A stretch of DNA of 64,000 bases, from assembly GCA_963785725.1 (NCBI GenBank), contig CAWAWS010000019.1, positions 1 to 64,000 on the forward strand, read 5' to 3'. The notes beneath the pieces are model-generated. The model did not search any database. It saw only the letters and a list, made by a program, of their open reading frames with translations, and had not been told where the DNA came from. This document shows positions 1 to 10,361 of the stretch, piece by piece. Every line of letters starts with the position of its first letter. Position 1 is the first letter of the stretch. Source of the DNA: an uncultured delta proteobacterium. Lineage in GTDB: Bacteria; Myxococcota_A; Polyangia; Palsa-1104. Made by a program: the position numbers and the translations under genes.

Positions 1-2
1 GC

Positions 3-163
3 GCGACGACGCTGCCGATCCGCATCTATTCCGAAGTGCGGCTCGGGGTGAAACCCGAGATCAACGCGATCTGCACGATCCTGATTGCCGTGGTCGCGAT
101 CGCCGTGGTGGCGGCGTCCCTGATCGCAAGGACCGCGAGGGCGCCGCGCCTCGTGCCGGGTGA
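3..163 (+). CDS. potI: C-terminal fragment of a polyamine ABC transporter permease (PotI/PotC type); 5' end lies outside the window
   Basis: Frame from position 3 reads ATTLPIRIYSEVRLGVKPEINAICTILIAVVAIAVVAASL, a typical PotI C-terminus. The probable true stop is TGA 161-163, reached via an indel; the ORF track runs on to 290. Confidence 0.7.
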   Translation, partial: DDAADPHLFRSAARGETRDQRDLHDPDCRGRDRRGGGVPDRKDREGAAPRAG

Positions 164-167
164 GCGG

Positions 168-2088
168 TCAGCGCGAACCGCGATCCAGCGCCGGCCCTGT
201 CAACCGCTGGATTGCCGAATCCGAGCCCGTTGCGGGCTTTGCGGTCGCGCACCGCATCGAGCAACGGCGCTCCGGCGCCGGAGCGTTTGATCAGGGTCAG
301 GGCGTCCGGCAAAATGACCGGATCGTCCCAGGGGCCTTGGACGACGAAGGGAAGCTCGAAGGCGACGCTGGCATCGGCGGCCGCGTTGATCAGGCCGGCG
401 GTGCCGGCGAGGTCGAATTCGCGCGCGGGAATGGAGGTGGTGCCGGTGAGCCCGAGCTTGACGTTCGGGCCGTCCAGGTGAACGTCATCGATGGTCGCGG
501 TTCCCTGGACGATCTGCAGCGCGATGTTGAGCTTGTCGAACGGCGTGCGGCCGTTGCGGAAATCGCCGCTGCCCGACAGCGGGCGCTGCGAAAGACGGCG
601 CAGCAACTGCTCGACATTCATGCCGGTCAGCGCCCCGTCCTTGGCGGAAATCTGCGCACTGCCGTTGAGGTTGCGGGCCAGTTCCTGGACGTTGGGGCCG
701 GTGCTTTCCATCTCCAGGGAAATATTGCCGGTGCCTTCCACCCGCCGAATCCTGAACAGTTCGGTCATGACCTTTTCGAGATCGATATCGGCGAATTGCA
801 TTTGCGTCTTGAAATCGGCGCCGGTCTCGGTCTTGGCGAGCGCGATATTTCCGGTGATCAGGCCGCCGAAGGATTGGGATTCGCCCACCGTGACCGCCAG
901 CCGGCCGGCCCGCATGGTCGCTGCAATCGCGGTACGGCCGAGTTGGGCATTGGCGAAGCGCACCCTCGCCGCGGACAGGCGCAGATCGGCGTCCCATCCG
1001 CTGAACCAGTCGAGGGCGATGGGGTTGCGGTCCCAATCCCTGGTGTTTTCGGCGACCAGCCGGATCGTCGAAACATAGGGGGTGAGATCGAGCTTCTCGA
1101 CCGCGAGCGTGCCCTGCAGCAGCCGGCGTCCGGCGGTGGTATAGGTGACCACGCCCTCGGCGACGTTGCCGTCGAATTCGGCGTTCAGGTTGGACAGCGC
1201 AATCGTTCCGCCATTGACCGCGGCCGTGGCCTTGAGCGCGAAACGCCCTAATCCTCCCTCCGGCAGGTTGGTGTCGCCGGTCCAGCGCAGCGCCGCGCGC
1301 AGGGACGCGGCGTCGGCGGCGAGCGTGCCGTCGACCTTGAGGCTCGGCTCGTAGCTCATGGTGCCGTCGAACGCGGCCTTCAGCGGAGCGGCGTTGAAGC
1401 GAAACTTGAGACCCGACGTGCGGCCGGCGAGCGCCTTGGGAAAATCCGCCATGCCGAGGCTCGCTTCGACGGTTTCGCCATGCCAGGCGAAATGGCCGGT
1501 GGCGGCGAAGCTCTTGGCGATCGAAGGCCAGGCCAGCGAAAGCTCGACGCCCTCCAGGGTTTCGGTCAGTTCGTGCGCGGGATCGCGGATCGCGATGACG
1601 CCGTCATTGATGCGGATTTCCGAAAACGACAGCACCCGGTCGGTGTGGTCCGCATTCGGCTGCAGGGCGCGCGCCAGCGTATCGACCAGCGGCGACCAGT
1701 TGGTGTGGCCGTCGGCACCGATCACTACCGCGATGCGCGGCTTTACCAGCGTGATGTCGGAGATTTCTATGCGGCCGGCGAGCAACGGCAGAAAACGCAG
1801 ATTGGCGATCAATTCCTCGACGGCGACGGCGGGTTCGCCGGCGCCCTGGTCCCCGAGCGCGACATCGGAAAATGTCATCGTCCGCGCCGGGAATACCGAC
1901 ATCGAGACCGCGCCGCGCAGCACCGGATCGAGGCCGGTAACCGCCCGGATTTCGCTCTTGACCGCCTCGCTGACGGTGTCGACGGGAATGACGTGCCGCG
2001 CCGCCGCAATCGCGGCAGCGCCGGCCACGACGGCGATCGCAATAAGGAGGACGAATCGCTTCAAGCCGATGGATCCGATCTTCGCCAC
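168..2088 (-). CDS. AsmA family protein, with an indel near 225
   Basis: N-terminal TM anchor, then AVTGLDPVLRG...LRFLPLLAGRIEISDITLVKPRI and an AsmA-like C-terminus (PFDKL...LPFVVQGPWDDP). After a frame change near 225 it reads SAIQRLTGPALDRGSR* and stops at 168. Start GTG 2088 is inferred. Confidence 0.8.
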
Positions 2089-2169
2089 CAGAGCGCAGAC
2101 TGCAAAAGGCAAATTCCCGAGTTGTCGTCGGAATGACCCAAGGCCAGGCGCTGGTCTAAGCGGGTTGTG

Positions 2170-2679
2170 GGATTTTCCGATGCCAACGAGGCCTTCCTGG
2201 CGTGGCGGCACTGGTCGATCGAACTAAACTTTGGAGATTTGCTGGCGACGCACGGCGATCAGCTCAACCAATACATTCACTGGCATGTGGAGGAGGGGCG
2301 GAAGCTCACTGGCCCTTACCTATCTCGTATCGAGGCGAAACGCACTGCGTTATACCAGCGGTTGTGCGGGTTCAAAGGGGAGTATGAGTTTTTTATTTTG
2401 CCGGTGAACCAAGTGCTTCCGTTTGATGTGAACACACACTATCCGACAGAAATTGCCGGCGTTCAGATGGAAAATTATCTGGCTTGGATGAAGTCCGCCT
2501 ATTACATTTCGGCGGCGGGAAATCCGGCGATGTCAGTTCCCTGCGCATTCTCTTCGAGTGGGCTTCCGATCGGTATGCAGATCGTTGGCCGCCATCATGA
2601 CGACTGGGGTGTACTGCAGCTTGGTTACGCATTCGAACAGGCCACTCATATCGGGCAGAGGCGTCCAGCAGTGGTTTAA
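2170..2679 (+). CDS. Amidase-signature family protein, C-terminal fragment
   Basis: GNPAMSVPCAFSSSGLPIGMQIVGRHHDDWGVLQLGYAFEQ is the conserved amidase C-terminus. The N-terminal two thirds are missing at the apparent contig junction. Confidence 0.8.
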   Translation, partial: GFSDANEAFLAWRHWSIELNFGDLLATHGDQLNQYIHWHVEEGRKLTGPYLSRIEAKRTALYQRLCGFKGEYEFFILPVNQVLPFDVNTHYPTEIAGVQMENYLAWMKSAYYISAAGNPAMSVPCAFSSSGLPIGMQIVGRHHDDWGVLQLGYAFEQATHIGQRRPAVV

Positions 2680-2817
2680 AGCAATTACCATCAGCGTTCA
2701 ACTGTGGGACCGCCAAACCGAGACGACCTTCGATTTCGGCTTTGGGAGCGCCCGACTCACTCTTGTCGCTTGAACAACGGTATTACTGTTAAATGTAAGA
2801 GTAAGGAGAAGCGATCG

Positions 2818-3051
2818 ATGCGCATCACTTCCAAAGGCCAAGTGACGATCCCCGCCGAAATTCGCGAGCAGGCGGGTCTTCTTCCCCACACCGAGGTCAA
2901 TTTCGAATTCGACGGCAATGCTGTGCGGATCGTCCGCGCCCCCAACGGCAAGAACGGTGGCAGGGGCACACGGCTTATCGCACACTTGCGAGGACGTGGA
3001 GATGTTGCGCTGAGCACCGATGAGATCATGTCGCTGACCCGCGACAAGTAG
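2818..3051 (+). CDS. AbrB/MazE/SpoVT family antitoxin
   Basis: MRITSKGQVTIPAEIREQAGL is a swapped-hairpin signature. RBS AAGGAG lies upstream and the gene abuts a PIN gene. Confidence 0.9.
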   Translation: MRITSKGQVTIPAEIREQAGLLPHTEVNFEFDGNAVRIVRAPNGKNGGRGTRLIAHLRGRGDVALSTDEIMSLTRDK

Positions 3052-3459
3052 ATGACGGCCGTATTGATCGACAGCAATGTCCTGCTCGATCTCGTGACCG
3101 AGGATCCGCGGTGGTTCTCGTGGTCCGCGAAGGCCCTGGCGAACGCCGCAGAAACCTTGCGGCTGGTAATCAACCCCATCATCTATGCCGAGGTCTCAAT
3201 CCGCTATTCACAAATCGAGGATCTAGACGCGGCTCTTCCTAAGGCCATGATCGACCGGGAACCAATTCCTTATGAGGCCTCCTTCCTCGCGGGGAAGGCG
3301 TTTCGTGTTTACCGGCGACGGGGAGGGACGAAGCGATCTACGCTTCCAGACTTCTTCATCGGTGCTCACGCGTCCATTGCCGGATACAGCTTGTTAACGC
3401 GCGACGCGAGCCGCTATCGCACATATTTCCTAAAGCTTGTACTCATCGCTCCGAACTGA
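3052..3459 (+). CDS. vapC: PIN-domain (VapC family) toxin
   Basis: LIDSNVLLD, YAE, PDFFIGAHA and LLTRD PIN motifs; starts directly after the antitoxin stop. Confidence 0.9.
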   Translation: MTAVLIDSNVLLDLVTEDPRWFSWSAKALANAAETLRLVINPIIYAEVSIRYSQIEDLDAALPKAMIDREPIPYEASFLAGKAFRVYRRRGGTKRSTLPDFFIGAHASIAGYSLLTRDASRYRTYFLKLVLIAPN

Positions 3460-3545
3460 GGCGGTGCGTTTGGCCAAGCGGGTCACCGTACGGTAATGTG
3501 AACGCGGTTATTCCACTCGACATCATGGCCGTGTACAATTCGCCG

Positions 3546-4550
3546 ATGACTCCTCAACCGCCTTCTCCGATGCTTGTTTTCGAGACGCTGCAGGCGCACC
3601 AGCGAACCAGCGCGCTGCGAGCCGGCATTGAACTGAAGCTCTTCACCGCGATCGCCAAAGGCGCGCGCACGCCAGAGGCGCTTGGGTCCGCGTGCGATAC
3701 CTCGGCGAAGGGCATGCGCGTGCTTTGTGACTTTCTCACCATCATTGGGTTCCTCACCAAGGATGAGTCCGGCTACGGGTTGACCCCGGATTCACAGCTC
3801 TTTTTGGTCGAGGGCTCACCGGCTTACATGGGTGGAATGGCGTCATTCCTTTTCCATCCATTTATGGAGAAGGGCTTGGGAGGCGTGACGGGGGCGGTGC
3901 GCAAAGGTGGAACGATCCTGCCAGCCGAAGGCTCGGTAAGCGACGATAACCCGGTATGGGTGGAGTTTGCGCGTGGGATGGCGCCCCTCGCTATGCTATC
4001 TGCCGAGGTGGTGGCTCAGCACGCGGCCGGCTCGGGCGCGGCGAAGGTGCTCGATATCGCTGCAGGACATGGGATGTACGGCGTTACCATAGCGCGACAC
4101 AATCCGGCAGCAGAAATACACGCCCTGGATTGGAAGAATGTGTTAGCGGTTGCCCACGAGAATGCCGTCAAGTTTGGGGTGGCGGACCGCTGGCATGCGG
4201 TCGAAGGCAGCGCTTTCGCTACCGATTACGGCTCCGGTTATGATGCGGTGCTGGTCACCAACTTTATCCACCACTTTGATGTTCCAACCAATATTGGTTT
4301 GTTCGAGAAAATTCGCGCTGCCATGAAACCGGGGGCGAAGATGGCGATCGCGGAGATGGCGGTCAACGATGATCGCGTTACGCCTCCGGGGGCGGGTATG
4401 TTCGCCATGACCATGCTTACCACCACACCAACCGGTGACGCCTATTCGCAGCGCGAGATCGAGTCCATGTGCAACCGTGCCGGCTTCCGCGATGTGGCCC
4501 ATCACGCGGTGCCGGATACTCCGCAGACGGTGACGATTGCCGTAAGTTGA
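3546..4550 (+). CDS. SAM-dependent O-methyltransferase (dimerisation domain + Methyltransf_2)
   Basis: N-terminal ALRAGIELKLFTAIA helix-turn-helix region, VLDIAAGHG motif I, NFIHHF, and LKPG-like MKPGAK. Confidence 0.85.
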   Translation: MTPQPPSPMLVFETLQAHQRTSALRAGIELKLFTAIAKGARTPEALGSACDTSAKGMRVLCDFLTIIGFLTKDESGYGLTPDSQLFLVEGSPAYMGGMASFLFHPFMEKGLGGVTGAVRKGGTILPAEGSVSDDNPVWVEFARGMAPLAMLSAEVVAQHAAGSGAAKVLDIAAGHGMYGVTIARHNPAAEIHALDWKNVLAVAHENAVKFGVADRWHAVEGSAFATDYGSGYDAVLVTNFIHHFDVPTNIGLFEKIRAAMKPGAKMAIAEMAVNDDRVTPPGAGMFAMTMLTTTPTGDAYSQREIESMCNRAGFRDVAHHAVPDTPQTVTIAVS

Positions 4551-4722
4551 GTCCGGGACGTCGCGCTCGCTGCGACGCCGGCTCATGCTGTCGGGCTGGT
4601 CTCGCGATTAGTACGTGAGGCCACAACTCACCCAAAGGTAAAGCGCAAGCGGAGCACAAAAAGGATCAAGAATTCGCGATCTTTTTTTGGTATACTCCGT
4701 GGCCTAGGGATGAGGACAGGCC

Positions 4723-5316
4723 GTGCAAGAGCCACCGATTGGGGAAGTTACAACACTCTTGCAACAGATCAGAGCGGGCGATTCGCAGGCTGCCGATAAA
4801 CTGATCCCCCTGGTGGTCGATGAACTGCGCCGTCTGGCGCGGCTGCAACTGCGAGATGAGCGGCCCGGTCACACCCTCCAACCCACGGCCCTGGTCAACG
4901 AAGCGTACATGCGCCTGGTGGGCGACCAGGCGAGGGACTGGCAAAATCGCGCTCACTTCATAGGCGTTAGCGTGTCTGTGATGAAGCGAATCCTCATCGA
5001 TCACGCACGCCGCAAGCAGGCGCTTAAACGCGGATCGGAGATTCAGTCCCTGTCGGGAGCCGAAGATTATGCCGGTTTCTCCCTGGAGCAGGCCGAGGAA
5101 CTGTTGGCGCTCAACGTGGCTCTCGACCGGCTGGAGAAGATGAGCTCGCGTCAGCGGCAGGTGGTCGAGTTGCGCTACTTCGGCGGACTCTCCACGGAAG
5201 AAACCGCGGAGGTGCTGAAAGTGTCTCCGATCACCATAAAGCGGGACTGGGTGGCCGCCAGAGCGTGGCTGAAGGGGCAACTGCGTCCCGAGGGCCGGGT
5301 TAGCAACTTTGCATGA
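4723..5316 (+). CDS. ECF RNA polymerase sigma factor of the kinase-associated (ECF43-like) type
   Basis: HTLQPTALVNEAY, RAHF, LRYFGGLSTEETAEVL and RDWVAARAWL motifs; ATGA overlap with the downstream kinase. Confidence 0.9.
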   Translation: MQEPPIGEVTTLLQQIRAGDSQAADKLIPLVVDELRRLARLQLRDERPGHTLQPTALVNEAYMRLVGDQARDWQNRAHFIGVSVSVMKRILIDHARRKQALKRGSEIQSLSGAEDYAGFSLEQAEELLALNVALDRLEKMSSRQRQVVELRYFGGLSTEETAEVLKVSPITIKRDWVAARAWLKGQLRPEGRVSNFA

Positions 5317-8153
5317 CATCGGAAGATTGGGATCGGCTCTTCGATCTGTTTCATGCCGCCCGGGAAAAGTCAGGCGGCGAGCGGGTGATGGTGCTCGATG
5401 CGGGCTGTGGAGAGGATACGATGCTCCGCAAGGCCGTCGAAGAGTTGCTGCGAGAGGATGAAGCCGCCGAGGGTTTTTTAAGCGAGCCGCTGTTCAGTTC
5501 GTTGCGTGGTGAACCCCCGCCAAGCCGAATGGTTCCTGGCCGACGGCTGGGACGCTATGTAACCGGGGCCCTGATCGGTCGTGGGGGCATGGGGGAAGTC
5601 TGGTCCGCACAAGACACAGATCTGGACCGATCGGTCGCGCTGAAATTTCTAACCTCTGAAACACTGGCGGGTTTGGATCCGCAGCAGATCACCCGCGAGG
5701 CCAAGGCCGCATCCGCATTGAACCATCATGGCATCGTGACCATTCACGAGCTGTTGCAGTCCGGATCGACAACTGCTTTGGTCATGGAATTGGTGGAGGG
5801 CAAACCGCTACGCGAGGCCTGCGGGCAGCCAAGGACCATTCCTGAAGTGTTGGCCATCGGGCTGCAAATTGCCGAAGCCCTGGCCGCCGCCCATGCCGGT
5901 GGCGTGATTCACGGTGACATCAAGCCCGAGAACATCTTCCTGCGGCCCGACGATTACGTGAAGTTGCTTGACTTCGGTTTGGCCCGTAAAGTGACAACGG
6001 AAACGATCGCGCTGGGCACCAGCCCCGTCCTGGGCACGCTGCGCTATATGTCTCCGGAACAGGCGCGCGCAGAGTCTTTGAGCCCGGCGAGCGACGTGTT
6101 CTCCCTTGGTTTGGTCCTCTACGAATTGCTCGCGGGGCGGCATGCTTTTCCAGCAATATCTCCCCTTGATACCGCGCAAGGCATCCTCACCAAGGAGGCC
6201 CCGTCTCCTTCTTCCTTTAATCCTCGTGTGCCGGCGCGCCTGGATTCGCTGGTTCGGGCCATGCTGGTCAAGGAACCTTCCGCACGTCCCACCGCCACGG
6301 AAGTTGTGCGGACACTGAGCGAATTAAGCCAGCCGCGCAAGACCCTCCTGGGTTCAGTACCCGCGGTGTGGAAGTGGACGGCGGCAGCCGTACTATTGGC
6401 CGTGGCATGCCTGGCGGGGTGGCGCTGGAAGCAGGTTCGCGCCGCACGCGACGCTCCTACCTTTCGCCAGCTGACAACGCTGATCCCGGAGAATCGGGCC
6501 ACCGCAGCGGCGATCTCTCCGGATGGCAAGCAGGCGGCCTACGCTAATGTCGATGGGATCTTTGTTCGCAGCATCCAGAACGGCGATACCAAGCCACTCT
6601 CCACACCCCCGGATTATCTTGTCGACCATCTAGCCTGGTTCGCTGACGGGACCCGGTTGGTGGCGAGCGGATTCTCGACCACGACGAATGTCCCCAGTGT
6701 TTGGATCGCCTCCATTGCCGGGCAGCCGCCGCGGCTGGTGAGCGAGCATTTCAGGTCTGCGACACCTTCCCCCGACGGCGCTCACATTGCGATGGTCAGC
6801 CAGGACCGGTCCGCGATTTGGATCATCGCAACCCAAGGCCACGATGCCAGGCAGATCATGCGCGCGCCCAATGAGGATATGTTTTCGGTCGTGTTCTGGT
6901 CCCCGGATGGCAGACGATTGGGACTCCAACGGTTGCATTTGGTGCAGAAGCAGCAAATCCAGACCCAGGAATTGGAGCAGCTTTATAGCCGGAGTTACGA
7001 GTCGCTTGAGGTCGATACAGGAAGAGTGACGATCAAAGTTCCAGATGTGGAGATGAGTTCGGCTGCCGCATTGCCGGATGGCCGCATCCTCTTCTTGCGC
7101 TACCTGGCCTCATCGACGGAGCCTGCCGAGCAGTTCGACCAGCTCTGGGAGATGCAAACGGACCCGGCAACGGGCGCCATCACCGGCGACCCGCACAAGG
7201 TGATGAACCTGGTCGATCAGTTTGAAACGCACATCTCAGAGATGAGCGCCTCGGCGGACGGCAAGGTGGCGTTGGTCCTGAAACGATCCGATCAAAATGC
7301 CGTGTTCGTCGGTGACTTTGATGAAGCGTCGCCGCGAATATCCAATATTCGCCGCCTGACGCTGGATGAGCGGACGAGCTATCCGCATGCCTGGACGGCG
7401 GACAGCCGCAGAGTCATTTTCGAGTCGATCCGTAATGGCACCTGGGACCTTTTCATTCAGGACTTCGATCGGCATAACCCGAAGACACTGGCGGCCACGC
7501 CCCTGATGGAGGTGCTGCCGCAACTTACTCCAGACGGCCGCTGGATTTTATACGCCGCACGTCCAATGAGCGCGTCGGAGGCCTATACGCTGATGCGTAT
7601 TCCGGTCGAAGGAGGAACCGCGGTAGCGGTTCCCAATGGATTTCCTGTGGACGAATTTCGTTGTTCATTGGACACCACTGGCCGGTGCGTCCTGAGAGTT
7701 ACGGTGGGCCACGAGTTTTATGTGTTCTACGAACTCGATCCCTTTCGAGGTAAGGGCCGCGAACTCGCGCGCACGAAATGGTTTCCCACGGTAACGGGGG
7801 TGTGGGACATCTCGCCCAATGGCCAGGAAGTCGCAATTCCCATCCAGGACTATCGCGCAGCGGGGGTCCGGGTGGTCGAGTTGCAGCCGGACGCCACTTC
7901 CTCAAGAGAACGCGATGTCGTACTTCCGGGGCTCACTGATATCAATGATGTAACGTGGTCTGCCAGCGGGCGCGGCTGGTTTGTGGTGCTGGATATGCCG
8001 GTGGGAAAGCGCCTGTTTTACGTGGACCTCCATGGCAGCTTCCGTTCTCTGGGAGACATCGCTGGTTTTGCAGTTCCGTCACGCGACGGACACCGGGTTG
8101 CTTTTGTAAATTCAATTGTTGCCGGTAATGCGTGGCTGATCGAGAGACACTGA
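5313..8153 (+). CDS. Membrane Ser/Thr protein kinase with extracytoplasmic TolB/PD40-like beta-propeller repeats
   Basis: GRGGMGEV, VALK, HGDIKPEN, DFG and GTLRYMSPE motifs; one TM segment; repeated (S/T)PDG motifs. Confidence 0.9.
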   Translation: MTSEDWDRLFDLFHAAREKSGGERVMVLDAGCGEDTMLRKAVEELLREDEAAEGFLSEPLFSSLRGEPPPSRMVPGRRLGRYVTGALIGRGGMGEVWSAQDTDLDRSVALKFLTSETLAGLDPQQITREAKAASALNHHGIVTIHELLQSGSTTALVMELVEGKPLREACGQPRTIPEVLAIGLQIAEALAAAHAGGVIHGDIKPENIFLRPDDYVKLLDFGLARKVTTETIALGTSPVLGTLRYMSPEQARAESLSPASDVFSLGLVLYELLAGRHAFPAISPLDTAQGILTKEAPSPSSFNPRVPARLDSLVRAMLVKEPSARPTATEVVRTLSELSQPRKTLLGSVPAVWKWTAAAVLLAVACLAGWRWKQVRAARDAPTFRQLTTLIPENRATAAAISPDGKQAAYANVDGIFVRSIQNGDTKPLSTPPDYLVDHLAWFADGTRLVASGFSTTTNVPSVWIASIAGQPPRLVSEHFRSATPSPDGAHIAMVSQDRSAIWIIATQGHDARQIMRAPNEDMFSVVFWSPDGRRLGLQRLHLVQKQQIQTQELEQLYSRSYESLEVDTGRVTIKVPDVEMSSAAALPDGRILFLRYLASSTEPAEQFDQLWEMQTDPATGAITGDPHKVMNLVDQFETHISEMSASADGKVALVLKRSDQNAVFVGDFDEASPRISNIRRLTLDERTSYPHAWTADSRRVIFESIRNGTWDLFIQDFDRHNPKTLAATPLMEVLPQLTPDGRWILYAARPMSASEAYTLMRIPVEGGTAVAVPNGFPVDEFRCSLDTTGRCVLRVTVGHEFYVFYELDPFRGKGRELARTKWFPTVTGVWDISPNGQEVAIPIQDYRAAGVRVVELQPDATSSRERDVVLPGLTDINDVTWSASGRGWFVVLDMPVGKRLFYVDLHGSFRSLGDIAGFAVPSRDGHRVAFVNSIVAGNAWLIERH

Positions 8154-8313
8154 GAATCACCACCCTTCTGCATTGAGCATCTCCTACTCCTCGAATAAAC
8201 CTCCAGGAAACCGAAAAAACCTTTTTTCTCGCTGCAATGATCCGAATCGTCGCTTATCTGCGCTTTACCTGGCAGAACGATCCATAACAGCGAATAGAAG
8301 GATAGGAGTAGCG

Positions 8314-10305
8314 ATGAGATTACGCTCACTGGGCTTTGTCTGCGGATTGGTACTCTCTCAATGGCTGATGGGTTGTGGCGGAGGCGGAAGCACGCCTCCG
8401 GCCACGCCCATCACCATCACCACCACGACACTTACCGAGGGCACGACCAACACTGCCTATAGTGCGACGCTGGCCGCAACTGGCGGCTCGGGAACGTATA
8501 CCTGGTCCGTGGCCAGTGGCAGCAATCTCCCGGCGGGATTATCGTTAAGCTCCGCCGGCGTAATCTCCGGAACGCCCACAACGGCCGCCTTGGCCAGCTT
8601 CACGGTGAACGTTGCCGATTCGGAGACCGTTCCACAGACGAGCAGTGCGCCCCTCAAACTGGCGATTAGCGGTGGGACGCTGACGATTGTTATGCCGACG
8701 ACGACGACCGGCCAAGCCGGGGCGAGCTATAACGTTCAGTTCTCTGCTACGGGAGGGGTTCCCTCGTATAGCTGGTCGCTTATCGAGAACACTTCCCCAC
8801 CTCCGGGGCTGACACTTAGCTCCATCGGTACTCTTTCCGGAACACCAACGACCGCGGGGAATTACAGTTTTCAACTCCAGGTCACGGACGCCAACAACAT
8901 TTCGATTTCTCAGAATGTTTCCGTAACCATCGGTGCGGCGGGATCGTCGCTGCCCGACGGGGGCTATTCGTTCTCGTTCAGCGGCACAGGCCCCAGCGGG
9001 GCGATGGCCATCAATGGCAACTTCCTGCTGCAGAGTCAGAAGGTGGGGGTTGGAGTCTATGACGAAAATACGGCCATGGGAGGAGCGAAGACCAATCAGC
9101 AGTTGATGCCCGGAGGAGCGGTGACGATCGGCGCCAACGGATTGGGGCAGCTCACTCTGGTCCTGGCTAGCGGCGATACGGTGACCTTTGCCCTGGCCGC
9201 ACCCCCGTCCATCTCGACGATGGGCAATGACACAGACGTCAGGATTATCGAGTTTGACGACAAGACTGGATCGGGCACACGGGGTTCGGGCGTCCTTAAG
9301 AGCGCGAACTTAGGTGAAGAGTCGGCGATCATCAACAATTACGCTTTCTCCTTCAGTGGCGTCGACTCGTCCAAGAATCCGATCGCGATGGCCGGCTCGT
9401 TCGCGGCGGACGGGGCGGGCAATATCACCGGCTTCGCCCGCGACGTGAACGACAATGGCGTAGTTACCAGTGAAGGCGCATTCACCGGAACGTACTCGTT
9501 CAACGATCTCCGCGGGACGCTACAGTTCAAGTTCAGCGGGAACAGTTACAATTACAGCTTTTACCAGGTGTCTGTGCACGAATTATTGGCCGTCTCAGTT
9601 GACACGGTGTCGACGAGTATCCCGTTGGTCAGCGGCCTGATCGATCAACAGACGGGAACGTTTAGCGCGGCATCGCTGAAGGGCGCCGGCGTGGTGGAGT
9701 TGGATGGGTTAGCTGCACTGAGTGGGGCGCTTCTTCCCGACGTTACCCTGGGCCTGGCATCGGGGGATGGAAATGGCAACCTGGGCATCGCGTACGACGA
9801 GTACAAGGGCCAGTTGCTGACACCGCAGAGTTTCAGCGGCACGTACACGGTCGATGCGGCCAGCGGGCGTGTCACCCTCACGTCAGCCGGTACTCCGGCT
9901 TTCCTTTATCTGTTGGACAATAACCAGGCGTTCGTTCTGGGCGGGGATGCGTCGGCGAGCTCCGGAATTTTGGAGCCGCAAACCGGCACAAGCTTTAATA
10001 AGGCCTCGTTCCATGGGGGCTACCTTGGCGGCAGCCTCGCGCTCAGCAGCCCATCTGTGATCAATGAAGTGATCTTAGTTGCCGCTGACGGAGGCGGCAA
10101 CGTAGAGATGGCCTTCCAAAATAGTGGGCCTAAGGGACTGGTGCCGAACGGAGGTACGATTGGCACCTACACCGTGGGCTCGAACGGTAGGACGGTTGTC
10201 ACGGCGGGTGACGGGATAACGAGAATCTTCTATATTGTTTCTCCTACGAAAGCCGTCTTGCTCTCGGGGGAAGACAGCGGCTACCTGGGTAGTTTGGAGC
10301 AGTAG
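8314..10305 (+). CDS. Lipoprotein with two putative Ig (He_PIG-like) domains and a beta-rich C-terminal region
   Basis: RBS AGGAG, lipobox LMGC, two repeats of ATGG..YTW......LPAGLSLSS.G.ISGTPT. Confidence 0.8.
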   Translation: MRLRSLGFVCGLVLSQWLMGCGGGGSTPPATPITITTTTLTEGTTNTAYSATLAATGGSGTYTWSVASGSNLPAGLSLSSAGVISGTPTTAALASFTVNVADSETVPQTSSAPLKLAISGGTLTIVMPTTTTGQAGASYNVQFSATGGVPSYSWSLIENTSPPPGLTLSSIGTLSGTPTTAGNYSFQLQVTDANNISISQNVSVTIGAAGSSLPDGGYSFSFSGTGPSGAMAINGNFLLQSQKVGVGVYDENTAMGGAKTNQQLMPGGAVTIGANGLGQLTLVLASGDTVTFALAAPPSISTMGNDTDVRIIEFDDKTGSGTRGSGVLKSANLGEESAIINNYAFSFSGVDSSKNPIAMAGSFAADGAGNITGFARDVNDNGVVTSEGAFTGTYSFNDLRGTLQFKFSGNSYNYSFYQVSVHELLAVSVDTVSTSIPLVSGLIDQQTGTFSAASLKGAGVVELDGLAALSGALLPDVTLGLASGDGNGNLGIAYDEYKGQLLTPQSFSGTYTVDAASGRVTLTSAGTPAFLYLLDNNQAFVLGGDASASSGILEPQTGTSFNKASFHGGYLGGSLALSSPSVINEVILVAADGGGNVEMAFQNSGPKGLVPNGGTIGTYTVGSNGRTVVTAGDGITRIFYIVSPTKAVLLSGEDSGYLGSLEQ

Positions 10306-10320
10306 CACTTGTGCAGGCCG

Positions 10321-10350
10321 GCGCGGCTTTTCCTGAGGGAAAAGCCGCGC
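10321..10350. terminator. Probable bidirectional intrinsic terminator
   Basis: Perfect 13-bp stem GCGCGGCTTTTCC-TGAG-GGAAAAGCCGCGC between two convergent genes. Confidence 0.75.
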
Positions 10351-10361
10351 TTCGCACTGCT

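Noticed and set aside
168..2088. Functional link between this AsmA gene and the YdbH-like operon at 44284
   Set aside because: They lie on different apparent source fragments.
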